From the human T2T-CHM13v2.0 reference genome, Homo sapiens: a stretch of DNA of 64,000 nucleotides. The notes below the pieces were generated by a model that had not been told where the DNA came from, ran no database searches, and was given only the letters and a program-made list of their open reading frames with translations. Within the stretch, counting starts at the first letter, position 1, and each line of letters opens with the position of its first letter. The stretch is from the NCBI RefSeq assembly GCF_009914755.1, contig NC_060925.1; one strand, 5' to 3'. Positions 62,093 to 64,000 of this stretch are shown here, in pieces. The translations under genes and the position numbers were made by a program.

Positions 62093-63149
62093 CCATTTGA
62101 GTTCTGGATCATTATTGCTTGTTGGCAGCTGAGTCCTGGGCAGAGCCTTGGGGACACAAACGGATGACAGATGATGTGGGCGTGGTCAGAAGGAGCTCCC
62201 AGCCAGGTGAGGAGACAGCCATATGAGATCCCACAGAAGCACAGAAAGCAGTGGGGCCCAAGGACCAGCCAGGAGCCCCAGGAGAGCAGGGCCCTTTCTG
62301 TCTTTTATCCACCTCAGGAGAAGCTGGGATTTCATCATCCTGTTTGTAAGTTAGCGAATGAACAAATGAAGAACGAATGAATGGATGGTGGCATTGATAA
62401 ATTCTGACAAGACAAGAGAAGGAAGCACAGAAAAGCTAACACCTTAAATATTAGTATCCTTGTATTATTATTGTGTGACGTTGGACAAGCCCCTTGCCCT
62501 CTCTGGGCCTCCGTTTCCCCCTCTGTAAAACAAGTGATCCTGAAGCGTCACGGCAACTCACCCATTCTAAGCTCTTCCATATTGGACAGGAAGAGGGGCT
62601 GAGACACCCCTGTTGGGCCCTGCACAGGTGCAGCCATTGGCCTGGGCTGCATCCAGGATTTGAGGGGGGACATGCACCTGCACCAGGATGGGACAGGAGT
62701 GAGGGTGCACGACGTAAGCAGCAGATCACCCACGGAGGCCAGGCTGACAAATTATCAGTACGGTTCTCACACTCACCCCCTCCACTCCAGGAGGAAACAG
62801 ATACTCCTGTCTCCTTCAGAAGAAGCTTGCTTAGGACGTGGGGGATCTGACGGGCCCCTCAGGCAGGGAGGCAGAGGGACAGTGGCTCCAAGTGCCTGGA
62901 AGTCTGTCTCTGCTTACCCACGGCCACCCTTTGCTCAGGCTGGTCCCCTCTCCTGATGTGTCTTCTGCCTTCCTAGGCAATGGGTGTGAGGAACTGGGAC
63001 CACAAAGGTGAGTGGAACCCAACCTGTGTTCGAGACATACACACAGAGACTGTGACAGGAGCAATAAGAAAAGCCAGTGTCTACTGAGCTCAATCCTCCA
63101 AGCCCTTCACTTCAATTACCTCTTTTATTCCCCCCAGCCCCCTAGAGAA

Positions 63150-64000
<851 letters not shown>

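Overview
This is a 64-kb stretch of primate genomic DNA, probably human or great ape because it carries AluY and an L1PA2/3-type element. It is intronic or intergenic. I find no host protein-coding exon, RNA gene or CRISPR array, and I cannot name the locus. GC-rich flanks are full of MIR, L2, Alu and LTR relics. The main blocks are a nested old L1 cluster (19.4-28.2 kb), a complete THE1A element (28731-36813) whose 3' LTR is split by a near-full-length L1PA2/3 with an intact ORF1, and an inverted near-full-length L1PA5-like element (46100-52229) inserted in an L2. The more unusual signals are: an intact DUX4-type motif in the THE1A LTR just upstream of an L1 with a ~275-bp promoter deletion; an extended ORF0 in the second L1; a probable ancient L1 3' transduction; a 229-bp duplication with an identical 3' half and an inverted junction tag; a 94-bp inverted repeat not from any TE I recognise; a minisatellite derived from L2 reverse transcriptase sequence; and a 27-bp array rich in splice-donor motifs. 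Repeat subfamily calls come from recalled consensus diagnostics, not a database search. None of the observations is shown to be a new biological system; they are testable leads.
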